Source: an uncultured Magnetococcales bacterium
GTDB taxonomy: Bacteria; Pseudomonadota; Alphaproteobacteria; UBA2136
Direction: 5' to 3'
Length of the DNA: 64,000 nucleotides
Assembly (NCBI GenBank): GCA_963974105.1
Contig: CAXBBG010000001.1
Location: forward strand, 706,793-770,792
Positions within the stretch are counted from its first letter, which is position 1. The number at the start of each line of letters is the position of its first letter. Positions 47,537 through 57,002 of this stretch are shown in pieces. A program made the translations under genes and the position numbers. Under the pieces are notes generated by a model that saw only the letters and a list, made by a program, of their open reading frames with translations, was not told the origin of the DNA and did no database searches.

Positions 47537-49165
47537 ATGATGCCAAGAGAGTCTATGCCATTTGACGTTATTGTTGTTGGGGCTGGGCCTGCGGGCTTGT
47601 CTGCGGCTATTCGTTTGAAACAAGTCGCAGCTGAAAAACAAATGGATATTTCTGTTTGTGTTGTTGAAAAAGGTGCTGAAGTAGGTGCTCATTTGCTTTC
47701 TGGCGCTGTTTTTGAACCACGTGCCTTAAACGAACTTCTACCAAATTGGGAAGATTTGGGGGCACCCTTAAAAACTAAAGTGACGGCGGATAAGTTTGCT
47801 TGGATGCGTCATCAAAATGCAATGCATGTTTTGCCTACACCACCACAAATGCATAATGCAGGTAATTACATTATAAGCCTTGGTGAATTGGGTAAATGGC
47901 TTGCTGTACAAGCCGAGTCTTTAGGTGTTGAAATTTATCCAGGTTTTGCGGCTTCAGAAGTTCTATATCATGAAGATGGTAGCGTAAAAGGTGTTGCCAC
48001 GGGTGACATGGGCATTGGTAAAAATGGCGAAAAAACTGATAACTATGTACAAGGTGTAGAATTACATGCCAAACAAACTATTTTTAGTGAAGGTTGTCGA
48101 GGTTCACTCACTAAAACGGTTATAGAAAAATTTAACTTAGATGCAGCAAAAGACCCTCAAACCTATGCCTTAGGCATTAAAGAGGTATGGGAAATTAAAC
48201 CTGAAAATCATAAAGAAGGTACTGTGCTACACACAATTGGTTGGCCTTTGAAAAATGACACTTACGGTGGCTCTTTTGTTTACCATATGGCTGACAATAA
48301 AATATCTGTTGGTTTTGTGGTGGGTCTTGATTACACAAATCCAACGCTTTCTCCATTTGAAGAAATGCAACGATATAAACACCACGCAGAGATTTCATCT
48401 TTATTAGAAGGTGGTAAACGCATTGCTTATGGCGCGCGTACCTTGGTTGAAGGTGGTGTTCAATCTATGCCAAAATTGACATTTCCTGGAGGTATGCTTG
48501 TGGGTGATTGTGCTGGAACATTGAATGTGGCTAAAATAAAGGGTAACCATACAGCGATGAAAAGCGGTATGGTGGCAGCAGACGCTATATTAGAACATTT
48601 TAAAGCTGGCGGCACACATGAAGAAGTAGTGGCATACGAAGTGAATTTTAAAGCTTCTTGGGCTTATAAAGAACTTTATAAAGTGCGCAATATTCGCCCT
48701 GGTTTCCAAAAAGGTCTTATACGTGGTTTATTAAACGCAGCTAAGGAAACTTATGTAGGTTCAAGCGGTACTTTAAGTAACCATGCTGACCATAGCCAAC
48801 TTAAACTATCAAGTGCTGTTAAGGCGATTGTATATCCTAAACCTGATGGTGTGATTAGTTTTGATAGGCTTTCTTCAGTATTTTTGTCGAACACGTTCCA
48901 CGAAGAAAATCAGCCAATTCACTTAAAGCTTAAAGATGAGTCTACAGCTGTTGATGTGAACTATAAAAATTTTGCATCACCTGAAACAAAATATTGTCCA
49001 GCAGGGGTTTATGAAATTTTAGAAGCTGCTGATGGTATTGTAACGCTTCAGATAAATGCCGCTAATTGCTTGCACTGTAAGGCTTGCGATATTAAAGATC
49101 CTAAGCAAAATATCACTTGGACAGTGCCTGAAGGTGGCGGTGGTCCTAATTACGGTACAATGTAA
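47537..49165 (+). CDS. electron-transferring-flavoprotein:ubiquinone oxidoreductase
   Basis: N-terminal FAD fold (DVIVVGAGPAGLSAAIRL). C-terminal 4Fe-4S ferredoxin-like Cys cluster (CPAGVYE…CLHCKACDIKDP). Confidence 0.9.
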   Translation: MMPRESMPFDVIVVGAGPAGLSAAIRLKQVAAEKQMDISVCVVEKGAEVGAHLLSGAVFEPRALNELLPNWEDLGAPLKTKVTADKFAWMRHQNAMHVLPTPPQMHNAGNYIISLGELGKWLAVQAESLGVEIYPGFAASEVLYHEDGSVKGVATGDMGIGKNGEKTDNYVQGVELHAKQTIFSEGCRGSLTKTVIEKFNLDAAKDPQTYALGIKEVWEIKPENHKEGTVLHTIGWPLKNDTYGGSFVYHMADNKISVGFVVGLDYTNPTLSPFEEMQRYKHHAEISSLLEGGKRIAYGARTLVEGGVQSMPKLTFPGGMLVGDCAGTLNVAKIKGNHTAMKSGMVAADAILEHFKAGGTHEEVVAYEVNFKASWAYKELYKVRNIRPGFQKGLIRGLLNAAKETYVGSSGTLSNHADHSQLKLSSAVKAIVYPKPDGVISFDRLSSVFLSNTFHEENQPIHLKLKDESTAVDVNYKNFASPETKYCPAGVYEILEAADGIVTLQINAANCLHCKACDIKDPKQNITWTVPEGGGGPNYGTM

Positions 49166-49173
49166 TAAAAAAA

Positions 49174-49198
49174 GCCTCCAAAATGGAGGCTTTTTTTT
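49174..49198. terminator. bidirectional terminator
   Basis: GCCTCCA-AAA-TGGAGGC hairpin flanked by A7 and T8 runs. It can serve both ETF-QO (+) and the convergent protease gene (-). Confidence 0.6.
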
Positions 49199-49973
49199 AA
49201 TGATAATAACCGTAATGTTTTATCAAAGCATCGATAATAATTTTGCTAGGTGTTACCAAACCATACAAAATTGTTGGATTGTGCGGTATATATTCGCCGT
49301 AAAAATATTGGTCATCTTTTTTATAAAAAGCAAATGGAGACTCTGTAGTTGAAAGTTTTCTGTGTGTAACGCCGAGTACATAACCATCTTGGTCTAAAAC
49401 AGGTGCGCCAGACGTGCCATGGATAATTTCTTTGTTTGCGTCTAATATATAGCCTTGAGTATTGTCTGATAAGTAGTGAGAAACATAACGCATAGTGTGC
49501 GGGCAAAACCCTTCTGTGTTTACAATAACTTTATCAGAGTGGTTCACCGATTTTAATGGTAATTCTTTCATGACAAAATGTTCTGGGCAGTCTTCAATTT
49601 CTAAAATGGCAATATCGGTACAGCCTTGAACGAAACTTAATTGTATGCCATCTATAAAAGTATCCCTTAAGTCCTTTTCGTGGATGCATAAAATGTGTTT
49701 TGCTTTAAGGCTTTGATTGTATGTGTTTTGAACGATGAGCTCATCACCGTATATAAATTCACATGTAGGTTTCCAAAATTTAAAGAAAGAGTTTTTCTTA
49801 GTATGTTGTATAACATGTGCGTTGGTCACAAATAATTTTTTACCGTAAGGGTTTTGAATGGCAAAGCAAGTACCGTAATTACATATGTTATCTTTGAATA
49901 TAATTGAATACAATTTCAAGCTGTTTGAAGGGAGCATGATAATGCCCTCCGTAGAAGCAGAGAATAAGATCAC
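49197..49973 (-). CDS. trypsin-like (S1-fold) serine protease, apparently cytoplasmic
   Basis: Catalytic-triad context: His (FVTNAHVI), Asp (TDIAILEI), Ser (HGTSGAPVLD). No signal peptide. Confidence 0.6.
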   Translation of the reverse strand: MILFSASTEGIIMLPSNSLKLYSIIFKDNICNYGTCFAIQNPYGKKLFVTNAHVIQHTKKNSFFKFWKPTCEFIYGDELIVQNTYNQSLKAKHILCIHEKDLRDTFIDGIQLSFVQGCTDIAILEIEDCPEHFVMKELPLKSVNHSDKVIVNTEGFCPHTMRYVSHYLSDNTQGYILDANKEIIHGTSGAPVLDQDGYVLGVTHRKLSTTESPFAFYKKDDQYFYGEYIPHNPTILYGLVTPSKIIIDALIKHYGYYH

Positions 49974-50057
49974 CTTAATAAAAGGCTGTGTGTAAAAGAT
50001 TTAGATGTTTTGTATGCAGTTAAATTACATAGTATACAGAGCTATGGCAAGAAAAAA

Positions 50058-50080
50058 GCCTCAGGAGAGGCTTTAAAGAA
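50058..50080 (-). terminator. terminator for the exonuclease gene
   Basis: GCCTC-AGGA-GAGGC hairpin with a T run on the minus strand. Confidence 0.4.
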
Positions 50081-50093
50081 TAGGCTGTCTTAT

Positions 50094-50708
50094 TTAAATA
50101 AAGTCAGATAGTGACATTTTTTCAGTTTCGACAAAGTGTCTAAAAGTAAGAAGAATAGATAAACTATCAGCGGTTGCGTCATGAATGTGTCCATCAAACG
50201 GTAATCCAAAAAAATTAGCCAAAGAACCGCTGGTGTTGGCTTTCAGGTCTTCTTCTGACATACCTGCAGTATGTAACATTTTGCGCACGTCACGGCAGAG
50301 TTGCGGGTTTAATGGGGTATCTTGTTGCCATAAAAAGCAACTTAGAGAAATTTCACGTTCATCACCTCCATAGCTGTAGCAAAGGTCTTCACCCACAAAG
50401 TTTTTAATTTCTGAAAGTGCTTCAGGAATTTCTTGAGCATTCTCATCAAGTATATCTTGAGTGATATGGGTGAGGTCTGTGAAATATTTTGTAAGGTCAA
50501 TATTGTTACCAAATACATCGACAGGCTGAAGGAAGATATTGCAACGGTCTACTTCTGGTAAACCTTTTTCTAATTTTACCTTGATAGCACTGAATTGTAT
50601 AAGGTAAGGGGGGTGGTCCTTTAAACCATTCCATCCGCGTGCCATGCACCCTTCGTCGCTCCAATATTCTGCGTCGTAGATGACGATAGTTTCAGGTGTA
50701 TTTTGCAT
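50094..50708 (-). CDS. DEDDh-type 3'-5' exonuclease-like protein
   Basis: Motif I D-x-E (IVIYDAEYW), an internal acidic GGDERE, and motif III H-x4-D (HIHDATADS). Confidence 0.55.
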   Translation of the reverse strand: MQNTPETIVIYDAEYWSDEGCMARGWNGLKDHPPYLIQFSAIKVKLEKGLPEVDRCNIFLQPVDVFGNNIDLTKYFTDLTHITQDILDENAQEIPEALSEIKNFVGEDLCYSYGGDEREISLSCFLWQQDTPLNPQLCRDVRKMLHTAGMSEEDLKANTSGSLANFFGLPFDGHIHDATADSLSILLTFRHFVETEKMSLSDFI

Positions 50709-50764
50709 GTTTTTTCTCGTATGTTTAAAAGGGGAGTATATACTAGATTGTTATTTATTAGGTA

Positions 50765-50792
50765 ATAAAAAAAGCCCCCTTGATGGAGGCTT
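50765..50792 (-). terminator. candidate terminator downstream of the giant gene
   Basis: An imperfect hairpin AGCCTCC…GGGGCT followed by a T run on the minus strand. Confidence 0.35.
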
Positions 50793-50807
50793 TTTAAGTT
50801 GTTTAAA

Positions 50808-53800
50808 TTATTGTCTACATATTTGGAACTTGCTTGTTGCTGGGTTCCAGCGCATACGACCAAGGTCACCCGCACCTGAACAAACTTCAGAACCTGTACC
50901 AGCTACCTTCACACTACCAGACACGTCAAGCGCGCTTTCGGTTACGGCTAGTACTGGCACACCGTCTACGTCTACGTTTACAACACCTGTTCCAGCATCA
51001 ATAATGCTTACGCTTGTGTCCGCCACGGCGATATCTGTTCCGCCACCAACACCTGTTAATCCAGAACCGTCACCCACGAAGGCTGTGGCTGTTACTGTAC
51101 CAGAAACATCAAGCTCTGTTGTTGGTGTTACTTTGCCAATACCAATTTTGTCTGTTGCTAAATCACCGTAAATAGTATTACCAATGTTGAGTTCGTCTGA
51201 TGCTGTTGCACTACTTGCGTCAATACCACTACCAATAAGAATGTTACGTGCACCTGTAGTTGTTGTGAAACCAGACTCATGCCCTATAAATGTGTTGTCA
51301 TCAGCTCCACCTTGTAGTGCAGTACCCGACTGAGAACCTATAGCTGTTAGGCGAGTGTATGCTGCATTACCAAACATACCTTTACCTGCTGAATAACCTA
51401 CAGCTGTATTATCACTTCCTCTGCTCATGGCAAGAGCTTGGTCACCTATAGCTGTATTGTTATGAGATGTTCTGTTTTCACTCAAACTGCTTCGACCAAA
51501 TGCAGCGTTTTGATTACCCGTAGTATTTTTGCTCAATGATAGAGAGCCGTATGCACTGTTCCAGCTACCTGTTGTGTTAGCTAGAAGTGCTTGGTAACCT
51601 GTAGAAGCATTGTAATTACCTGTAGTGTTTGCAACTAACGCACTTCCACCTACAGCTGTATTGGCAAATCCTGTGGTCGTCGCTTTTAATGTTTCGTAAC
51701 CAAGTGCAGTATTTTCGCTGCCGCTTGTGTTTGAGGTTAAAGCATTTTTACCTACTGCTACGTTTTTATTACTTGTTCCGTCGTCATTTACACCTGACCC
51801 ATCACCGAGAAATAGGCTTGACCCATAATAAATAGCGTCAGATAGACCATTAATGTTTGTAGCACCGCCAAGTCCGTCAGAAACACTGATACAGTTTGCG
51901 CCAGTTTCGTCGCAAATATCGGCAACGCTTAGCGTACCTGTTAATGAAACCTGTTCAGACCCACTTGCCATAGAACCTTTAATAAGGTTACCAATGTTGA
52001 TTTGGTCGTCACCTGTAATGCTTGCAAGGGTAACATTACTACCAATAGCAATGTTGTTGCTACCCGTTGTAAGGGTGTTACCTGCATATGCACCGACAAG
52101 TGTGTTACTTGTACCTGTTGTTGCGGCAACACCTGCACGATAACCTAACATTGTATTAAAGTCGGCGCCTGTAGCAACGGCATAACCTGCGCCGTAACCT
52201 AAAGCTGTGCCACCAGTAACGCTATAGTTAATGTTGTTACCACCCATAGCTGAACCACCAATGGCAGTATTGAATAGACCTGTTTGGTTTCTATTTAATG
52301 CTGACTCACCTAGAGCTGTGTTATGTGTACCCGTTGTTAGCGAGTTTGATGAACCATAACCTACAGACGTGTTTTGTTTTGCACCTGTTTGTATAAGGTT
52401 ACCTGAAAGACCACCAACGAATACGTTTTCTTCAATACCTGTCATACCACTTGTACCAACACCAGCTCCGCTACCAATGGCAATGTTGTGGTCACCTGCT
52501 CCTGTTTTGTAGTAAAGTGCGCTTCGCCCAATAGCAACGTTATTACCAGAAGTTGTGTTTGAATAAAGTGCTGTACGCCCTAATGCAACGTTACTGTCAC
52601 CGCTTGTATTACTTGAAAGTGAAAACTTACCAAGAGCTGTGTTATAACCACCTGTTGTATTGGCGAGCATAGATTGGTAACCAATTGCTGTGTTATCAAC
52701 ACCAGAAGTATTTGCAGTTAAGGCATCTTTACCAACGGCTGTGGCAAGGTTTGCACCGTCGTCATTTGCACCCGCACCGTTACCAAGGAACACGCTGGAT
52801 CCATCGTAAATACCGTCACTTAGGTCGTTAATTGATGTAACACCAGAAGCAGCAGTTGAAGCTACCCATTCACCTGCGGCATTGTCCCATGTTAGGTATT
52901 GGCCGTCTGTTGGCGCAAGTGAGCTTGAAACGTCGCTCAGCTCTGTTAAAGCACTTGCAGCGGCTGAAGCATCGGTTGTTTTCCAAGTCGAACCATCACA
53001 AAATTCAAGAGCCGATGAACCAGTGCTGTATCGTATAGCACCTTCATGAAGTCCATCACATGTTTCTCCACCATTTGAAAGCATGATTGAACCAGATACT
53101 TCCAAAGCGGCTGAAGGTGCTACGGTTGTGCCAATGGCCAATGTATTTGTTACAGAAATATCTGCAAATTCAACTGCGCTGTCTTTACGTAAGAATTGTT
53201 CAAGTTGGGCAACTATGCTCCATTCTTGGCTTGAAATAGAAGCGCCATCAATTTTAGCTATTTGGCTTAGCTCGCCAACCTGTAAAATGGTGTTAGAAAC
53301 GTTTTGCACACTTGTTGGTATGTTTGTCACGTCGTACCAGTCGGCAGAGCCGGCGGCTACGCCCGTTAAGCCAGAGCCGTCACCAATGAAGGCAGTGGCA
53401 GTTACTGTGCCAGAAACGTCCAATTCCGTTGTTGGGTTTGTTTTACCAATACCAATTTTGTCTGTTGAAAGGTCACCGTATATGGTGTTACCAATGTTCA
53501 GTTCGTCTGAAGCTGTTGGTGCTGTTGTGTCAACATTTGCACCAATTAAAATGTTACGCGCACCTGTTGTGGTGGCTTGACCAGACTGCATACCAACAAA
53601 TGTGTTAGAGTTACCACCAGTGAGTAAGTTATACCCAGATTGTACACCTACCAATGTGTTATTATCAATATCTGAATTACCTGATGAACCAGCACCTGCT
53701 AGGGCACCAATTGCAATGTTGTTACTACCTATAGTGTTATATCTCAATGCATAATGACCACTGGCATTGTTATTTATACCTGTTGTGTTGTTATACAAAG

Positions 53801-56800
53801 AGGCATAACCACTGGCAGTGTTGTTTATACCTGATGTATTTCTATAAAGAGCAGCTTCACCTAGGGCTGTGTTATAACTTCCCCCTGCGTTGCTGTAAAG
53901 AGATGTATAGCCATACCCAGTGTTTGAGCGACCTGTAGTGTTATTGTACAGAGAATGCGTACCGGTGGCAGTGTTATTAAAACCAGTAGTGTTGCTGTTC
54001 AACGTGTACTGACCTGTAGCCGCATTGTTGTAACCTGTTGTATTGCTAGCCAGCGATGAATGACCAACAGCTGAGTTGTAGAAACCTGTTGTGTTTGCAT
54101 TCATTGAATTTGTACCTACAGCCAGGTTGTGGTTATCAGTACCGTCATCAGCAGCACCTGCGCCATTACCAAGGAATAGGCTTGAATAATCATCTGTGTC
54201 GTATTTAGTGTCGGTTAGGTCATTTAAGCCAATAGTTACAGAAGTGGCGGTTACACCTGTAAGTGCTGAACCATCACCAGCAAAAGCTGTGGCAGTTACT
54301 GTACCAGAAACGTCCAATTCCGTTGTTGGGCTTGTTTTACCAATACCAATTTTGTCTGTTGAAAGGTCACCGTATATGGTGTTACCAATGTTCAGTTCGT
54401 CTGAAGCTGTTGGTGCTGTTGTGTCAACATTTGCACCAATTAAAATGTTACGTGCACCAGTTGTTACATTGTCACCTGCCGTGTAGCCTAGGAAAGTGTT
54501 GTTATCTGCCCCAGTTTTTACATCCTGTCCACTTTGGTAACCTATGAATGTGTTGTTTGAAATATTACTTAAACCAGAATCACCTACACCAGCACCATAA
54601 CCGATAGCTGTATTTGAATTACCTGTTTCATTATATCTAAGGGCAAGCATACCCAATGAAGTATTGGTGGTACCGCTTACGTTGCTTGACTGGTTTAAAC
54701 GGCCAATCGCTGTATTGTAAGAACCTGTTGTGGCATTTCCTAAGGACAGAGAACCGAAGGCGGTGTTTTCACTACCTGTTGCATAACGTAAAGAACGGTG
54801 CCCAACAGCTGTGCTATTTGTAGATGTAGTATTTGTTGTAAGAGCTTGATAACCCATAGCAACGTTTGCACCACCCGTTGTGTTTGAGTAAAGTGCACTA
54901 TAACCTATACCAATGTTTTGGTTAGATGTGCCGTCATCAAACTCACCTGCATTGTTACCTAAAAATAGGCTAGATGCATCGTCTGAATCGTGTTTAGCGT
55001 CGCTTAAGTCGTTAATGCCAATAGACATTGAACTTGCGTCAAGGTTTGTAAGGCCAGAACCGTCACCCACAAAAGCTGTGGCAGTTACTGTGGTAGAAAC
55101 GTCCAGTGATCCGTCAATTTCGGTATCACCATTTGCAACGTTAATACGCACAACGCCAGTAGCAGCTGACGCTGAGTCATTACCAAAGCGCATCAAGTTG
55201 TCACCTGGTTTGCCAAATATACGCTTAGAACCGTTAAATTCTACAAAGGCTTGTGATGTACCTCTTGAAGTTACGTAAACACCTGCTGGGCCTGCTGAAG
55301 CTGAAGGTCTGTCAATTGTTAAGTATGGTGAACCTGAACTGTGAATGTGTAAAGTTGTAGAAGGTTCACTTGTGCCTACACCCACCATTTTGGTAGTAAG
55401 GTCACCATAAATGGTATTACCAATGTTGAGTTCGTCAGAAGCTGTTGGTGCTGTTGTGTCAACATTTGAGCCAATTAAAATGTTACGTGCACCAGTTGTG
55501 GTTATGTCACCAGCCTTGTAGCCGAGGAAAGTGTTGTTATCTGCACCTGTTCGTATCAGCGCGCCACTATCGAAACCAACGATAACGTTATTACTAACGT
55601 TTGATGCACCTGAAGCTCCTTCAGCAGAACCAGCACCTAAAATAAGGTTTTCACTACCTGTTTCATTATTTAATAATGAGCGGTCACCGATAGCTAAGTT
55701 ATAATTACCAGTGCTGTTATTGGTTGCGGTTTGTGCACCAATGGCTAAGTTATTTCCACCAGTGCCGTTATTCATCATAGCCTGATGACCAATAGCCATG
55801 TTACTATCACCCGAGTTACCACGAAGTGTTAAATGACCAAGGGCAATGTTACCTGCATTTGTTGTATTATCTTCAAGTGCAAGAAAACCAATTGCAAGGT
55901 TAGAGCTACCCGTTGTTGTGTTTGTGAGGGCATTTCTACCAAAACCATAGTTTTTGTTATCGGTACCGTCATCAGCAGCACCTGCGCCATTACCAAGGAA
56001 TAGGCTCGAATAATCGTCTGTATCATGCTTAGCGTCGCTTAAGTCGTTAATGCCAATAGACATAGCGCTTGCGTCAAGGTTTGTAAGGCCAGAACCGTCA
56101 CCAGTAAAGGTTGTTGCGCTAATGTTACCTGTTGCGGCCATGCCGCCCCCAGCAAAGATAACGCCGTCAATTGTTTGTGTACCACTTACATTTAATGCAC
56201 CTGCAATGGTAAGTGTACCGCCAATAAACCCGTCACCAGAAGCATTTAAAATGTTAAGGTCAGTTGTACCTGCAACAGTTAAGTCGTCTGTAATAGAAAC
56301 ATCGGCCACAGTTAAGTGGTCGGCAATGGTTGCGTCACCTGTTGATGTGAGGCTTGTACCAGAAATAGATGCGCCTGTAATATTTGCAAAAGTGACGCTG
56401 TCAGTTGTGGCAACGCCTTGATCCATAGCGCCAAGGTAACCAAATTGTGTGTTAGAAATGGTTACGGCGTTAATGTTTTGTAATTGAGTTAGCTCGGCTG
56501 TGGTAAGTTCAGTATTTGAAATGGCTGAAATGCCTGTTGGCATATTTGAAATGCTGTACCAATCGGCACTTGAAGCAGTGACACCAGTTAAGCCTGAGCC
56601 GTCACCAATAAAAGCTGTGGCTGAAACTGTACCTGAAACGTCAAGTGCTGCTGCACCATTTACGCTTAGGTTGCCGTCACAAATAATGTCAGTTCCGTCT
56701 GTATAACAGAGGTCGTTGACTGTCAATGTTCCTACTGTTCCAATGTTACCCCAAGTACTGGCCATTGCCGTACCTGCCGAAAGTACAGTAACCAACGTTG

Positions 56801-56822
56801 CTCTAAATATAAGTTTTACCAC
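50808..56822 (-). CDS. giant (~2004 aa) secreted repetitive fibre/adhesin-like protein with phage-tail-fibre-like periodic repeats
   Basis: One uninterrupted ORF. I placed the start at GTG 56822 (AAGGG RBS, signal peptide MVKLIFRATLVTVLSAGTAMA). It is dominated by ~14-15-residue N/T/G/A-rich periods (NTAIGYQALxSNTTGxxN). At least six conserved junction modules recur: ELNIGNTIYGDLSTDKIGIGKTxPTTELDVSGTVTATAFxGDGSGLTGV. Confidence 0.8.
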   Translation of the reverse strand: MVKLIFRATLVTVLSAGTAMASTWGNIGTVGTLTVNDLCYTDGTDIICDGNLSVNGAAALDVSGTVSATAFIGDGSGLTGVTASSADWYSISNMPTGISAISNTELTTAELTQLQNINAVTISNTQFGYLGAMDQGVATTDSVTFANITGASISGTSLTSTGDATIADHLTVADVSITDDLTVAGTTDLNILNASGDGFIGGTLTIAGALNVSGTQTIDGVIFAGGGMAATGNISATTFTGDGSGLTNLDASAMSIGINDLSDAKHDTDDYSSLFLGNGAGAADDGTDNKNYGFGRNALTNTTTGSSNLAIGFLALEDNTTNAGNIALGHLTLRGNSGDSNMAIGHQAMMNNGTGGNNLAIGAQTATNNSTGNYNLAIGDRSLLNNETGSENLILGAGSAEGASGASNVSNNVIVGFDSGALIRTGADNNTFLGYKAGDITTTGARNILIGSNVDTTAPTASDELNIGNTIYGDLTTKMVGVGTSEPSTTLHIHSSGSPYLTIDRPSASAGPAGVYVTSRGTSQAFVEFNGSKRIFGKPGDNLMRFGNDSASAATGVVRINVANGDTEIDGSLDVSTTVTATAFVGDGSGLTNLDASSMSIGINDLSDAKHDSDDASSLFLGNNAGEFDDGTSNQNIGIGYSALYSNTTGGANVAMGYQALTTNTTSTNSTAVGHRSLRYATGSENTAFGSLSLGNATTGSYNTAIGRLNQSSNVSGTTNTSLGMLALRYNETGNSNTAIGYGAGVGDSGLSNISNNTFIGYQSGQDVKTGADNNTFLGYTAGDNVTTGARNILIGANVDTTAPTASDELNIGNTIYGDLSTDKIGIGKTSPTTELDVSGTVTATAFAGDGSALTGVTATSVTIGLNDLTDTKYDTDDYSSLFLGNGAGAADDGTDNHNLAVGTNSMNANTTGFYNSAVGHSSLASNTTGYNNAATGQYTLNSNTTGFNNTATGTHSLYNNTTGRSNTGYGYTSLYSNAGGSYNTALGEAALYRNTSGINNTASGYASLYNNTTGINNNASGHYALRYNTIGSNNIAIGALAGAGSSGNSDIDNNTLVGVQSGYNLLTGGNSNTFVGMQSGQATTTGARNILIGANVDTTAPTASDELNIGNTIYGDLSTDKIGIGKTNPTTELDVSGTVTATAFIGDGSGLTGVAAGSADWYDVTNIPTSVQNVSNTILQVGELSQIAKIDGASISSQEWSIVAQLEQFLRKDSAVEFADISVTNTLAIGTTVAPSAALEVSGSIMLSNGGETCDGLHEGAIRYSTGSSALEFCDGSTWKTTDASAAASALTELSDVSSSLAPTDGQYLTWDNAAGEWVASTAASGVTSINDLSDGIYDGSSVFLGNGAGANDDGANLATAVGKDALTANTSGVDNTAIGYQSMLANTTGGYNTALGKFSLSSNTSGDSNVALGRTALYSNTTSGNNVAIGRSALYYKTGAGDHNIAIGSGAGVGTSGMTGIEENVFVGGLSGNLIQTGAKQNTSVGYGSSNSLTTGTHNTALGESALNRNQTGLFNTAIGGSAMGGNNINYSVTGGTALGYGAGYAVATGADFNTMLGYRAGVAATTGTSNTLVGAYAGNTLTTGSNNIAIGSNVTLASITGDDQINIGNLIKGSMASGSEQVSLTGTLSVADICDETGANCISVSDGLGGATNINGLSDAIYYGSSLFLGDGSGVNDDGTSNKNVAVGKNALTSNTSGSENTALGYETLKATTTGFANTAVGGSALVANTTGNYNASTGYQALLANTTGSWNSAYGSLSLSKNTTGNQNAAFGRSSLSENRTSHNNTAIGDQALAMSRGSDNTAVGYSAGKGMFGNAAYTRLTAIGSQSGTALQGGADDNTFIGHESGFTTTTGARNILIGSGIDASSATASDELNIGNTIYGDLATDKIGIGKVTPTTELDVSGTVTATAFVGDGSGLTGVGGGTDIAVADTSVSIIDAGTGVVNVDVDGVPVLAVTESALDVSGSVKVAGTGSEVCSGAGDLGRMRWNPATSKFQICRQ
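53397..53560. repeat. intragenic near-identical DNA repeat, copy A
   Basis: About 163 bp nearly identical to 54292-54454, encoding the junction module. Diverged copies lie at ~51060-51170 and 55401-55497. Confidence 0.6.
54292..54454. repeat. intragenic near-identical DNA repeat, copy B
   Basis: Matches 53397-53560 with only a few mismatches or indels. Confidence 0.6.
55401..55497. repeat. intragenic repeat, shorter copy C
   Basis: GTCACCATAAATGGTATTACCAATGTTGAGTTCGTC…CCAATTAAAATGTTACGTGCACC shares roughly 90% identity with the corresponding parts of copies A and B. Confidence 0.5.
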
Positions 56823-57002
56823 TTTGTTACCCTTAATATAATAATCATACACACAATATAGCTCGCTATCATACAAGCATACAAACTTATAGGTGTGGAT
56901 GATAATAAAAAAATGACATAAGGCAATGCGTTGTAGATATATAATGTTGGGATGTGACAAAAACTCCCATATTGCTTATGGTAAGCTTATTTATTACATT
57001 TC

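Noticed and set aside
51629-56706. Many plus-strand ORFs of 60-165 aa inside the giant minus-strand gene (e.g. 53083..53580, 50680..51171, 56050..56421).
   Set aside because: They are antisense to a 6-kb uninterrupted ORF with strong protein-like periodic repeats. Their compositions (Pro/Val/Ala-rich) are the mirror-frame artefact of the Gly/Thr/Asn-rich sense strand.
56823-57002. Possible sigma-54 promoter for the giant gene in the flbD to giant-gene gap.
   Set aside because: No GG-N10-GC element with acceptable flanks was found on the minus strand. Co-transcription with flbD is equally possible, so it is left open.
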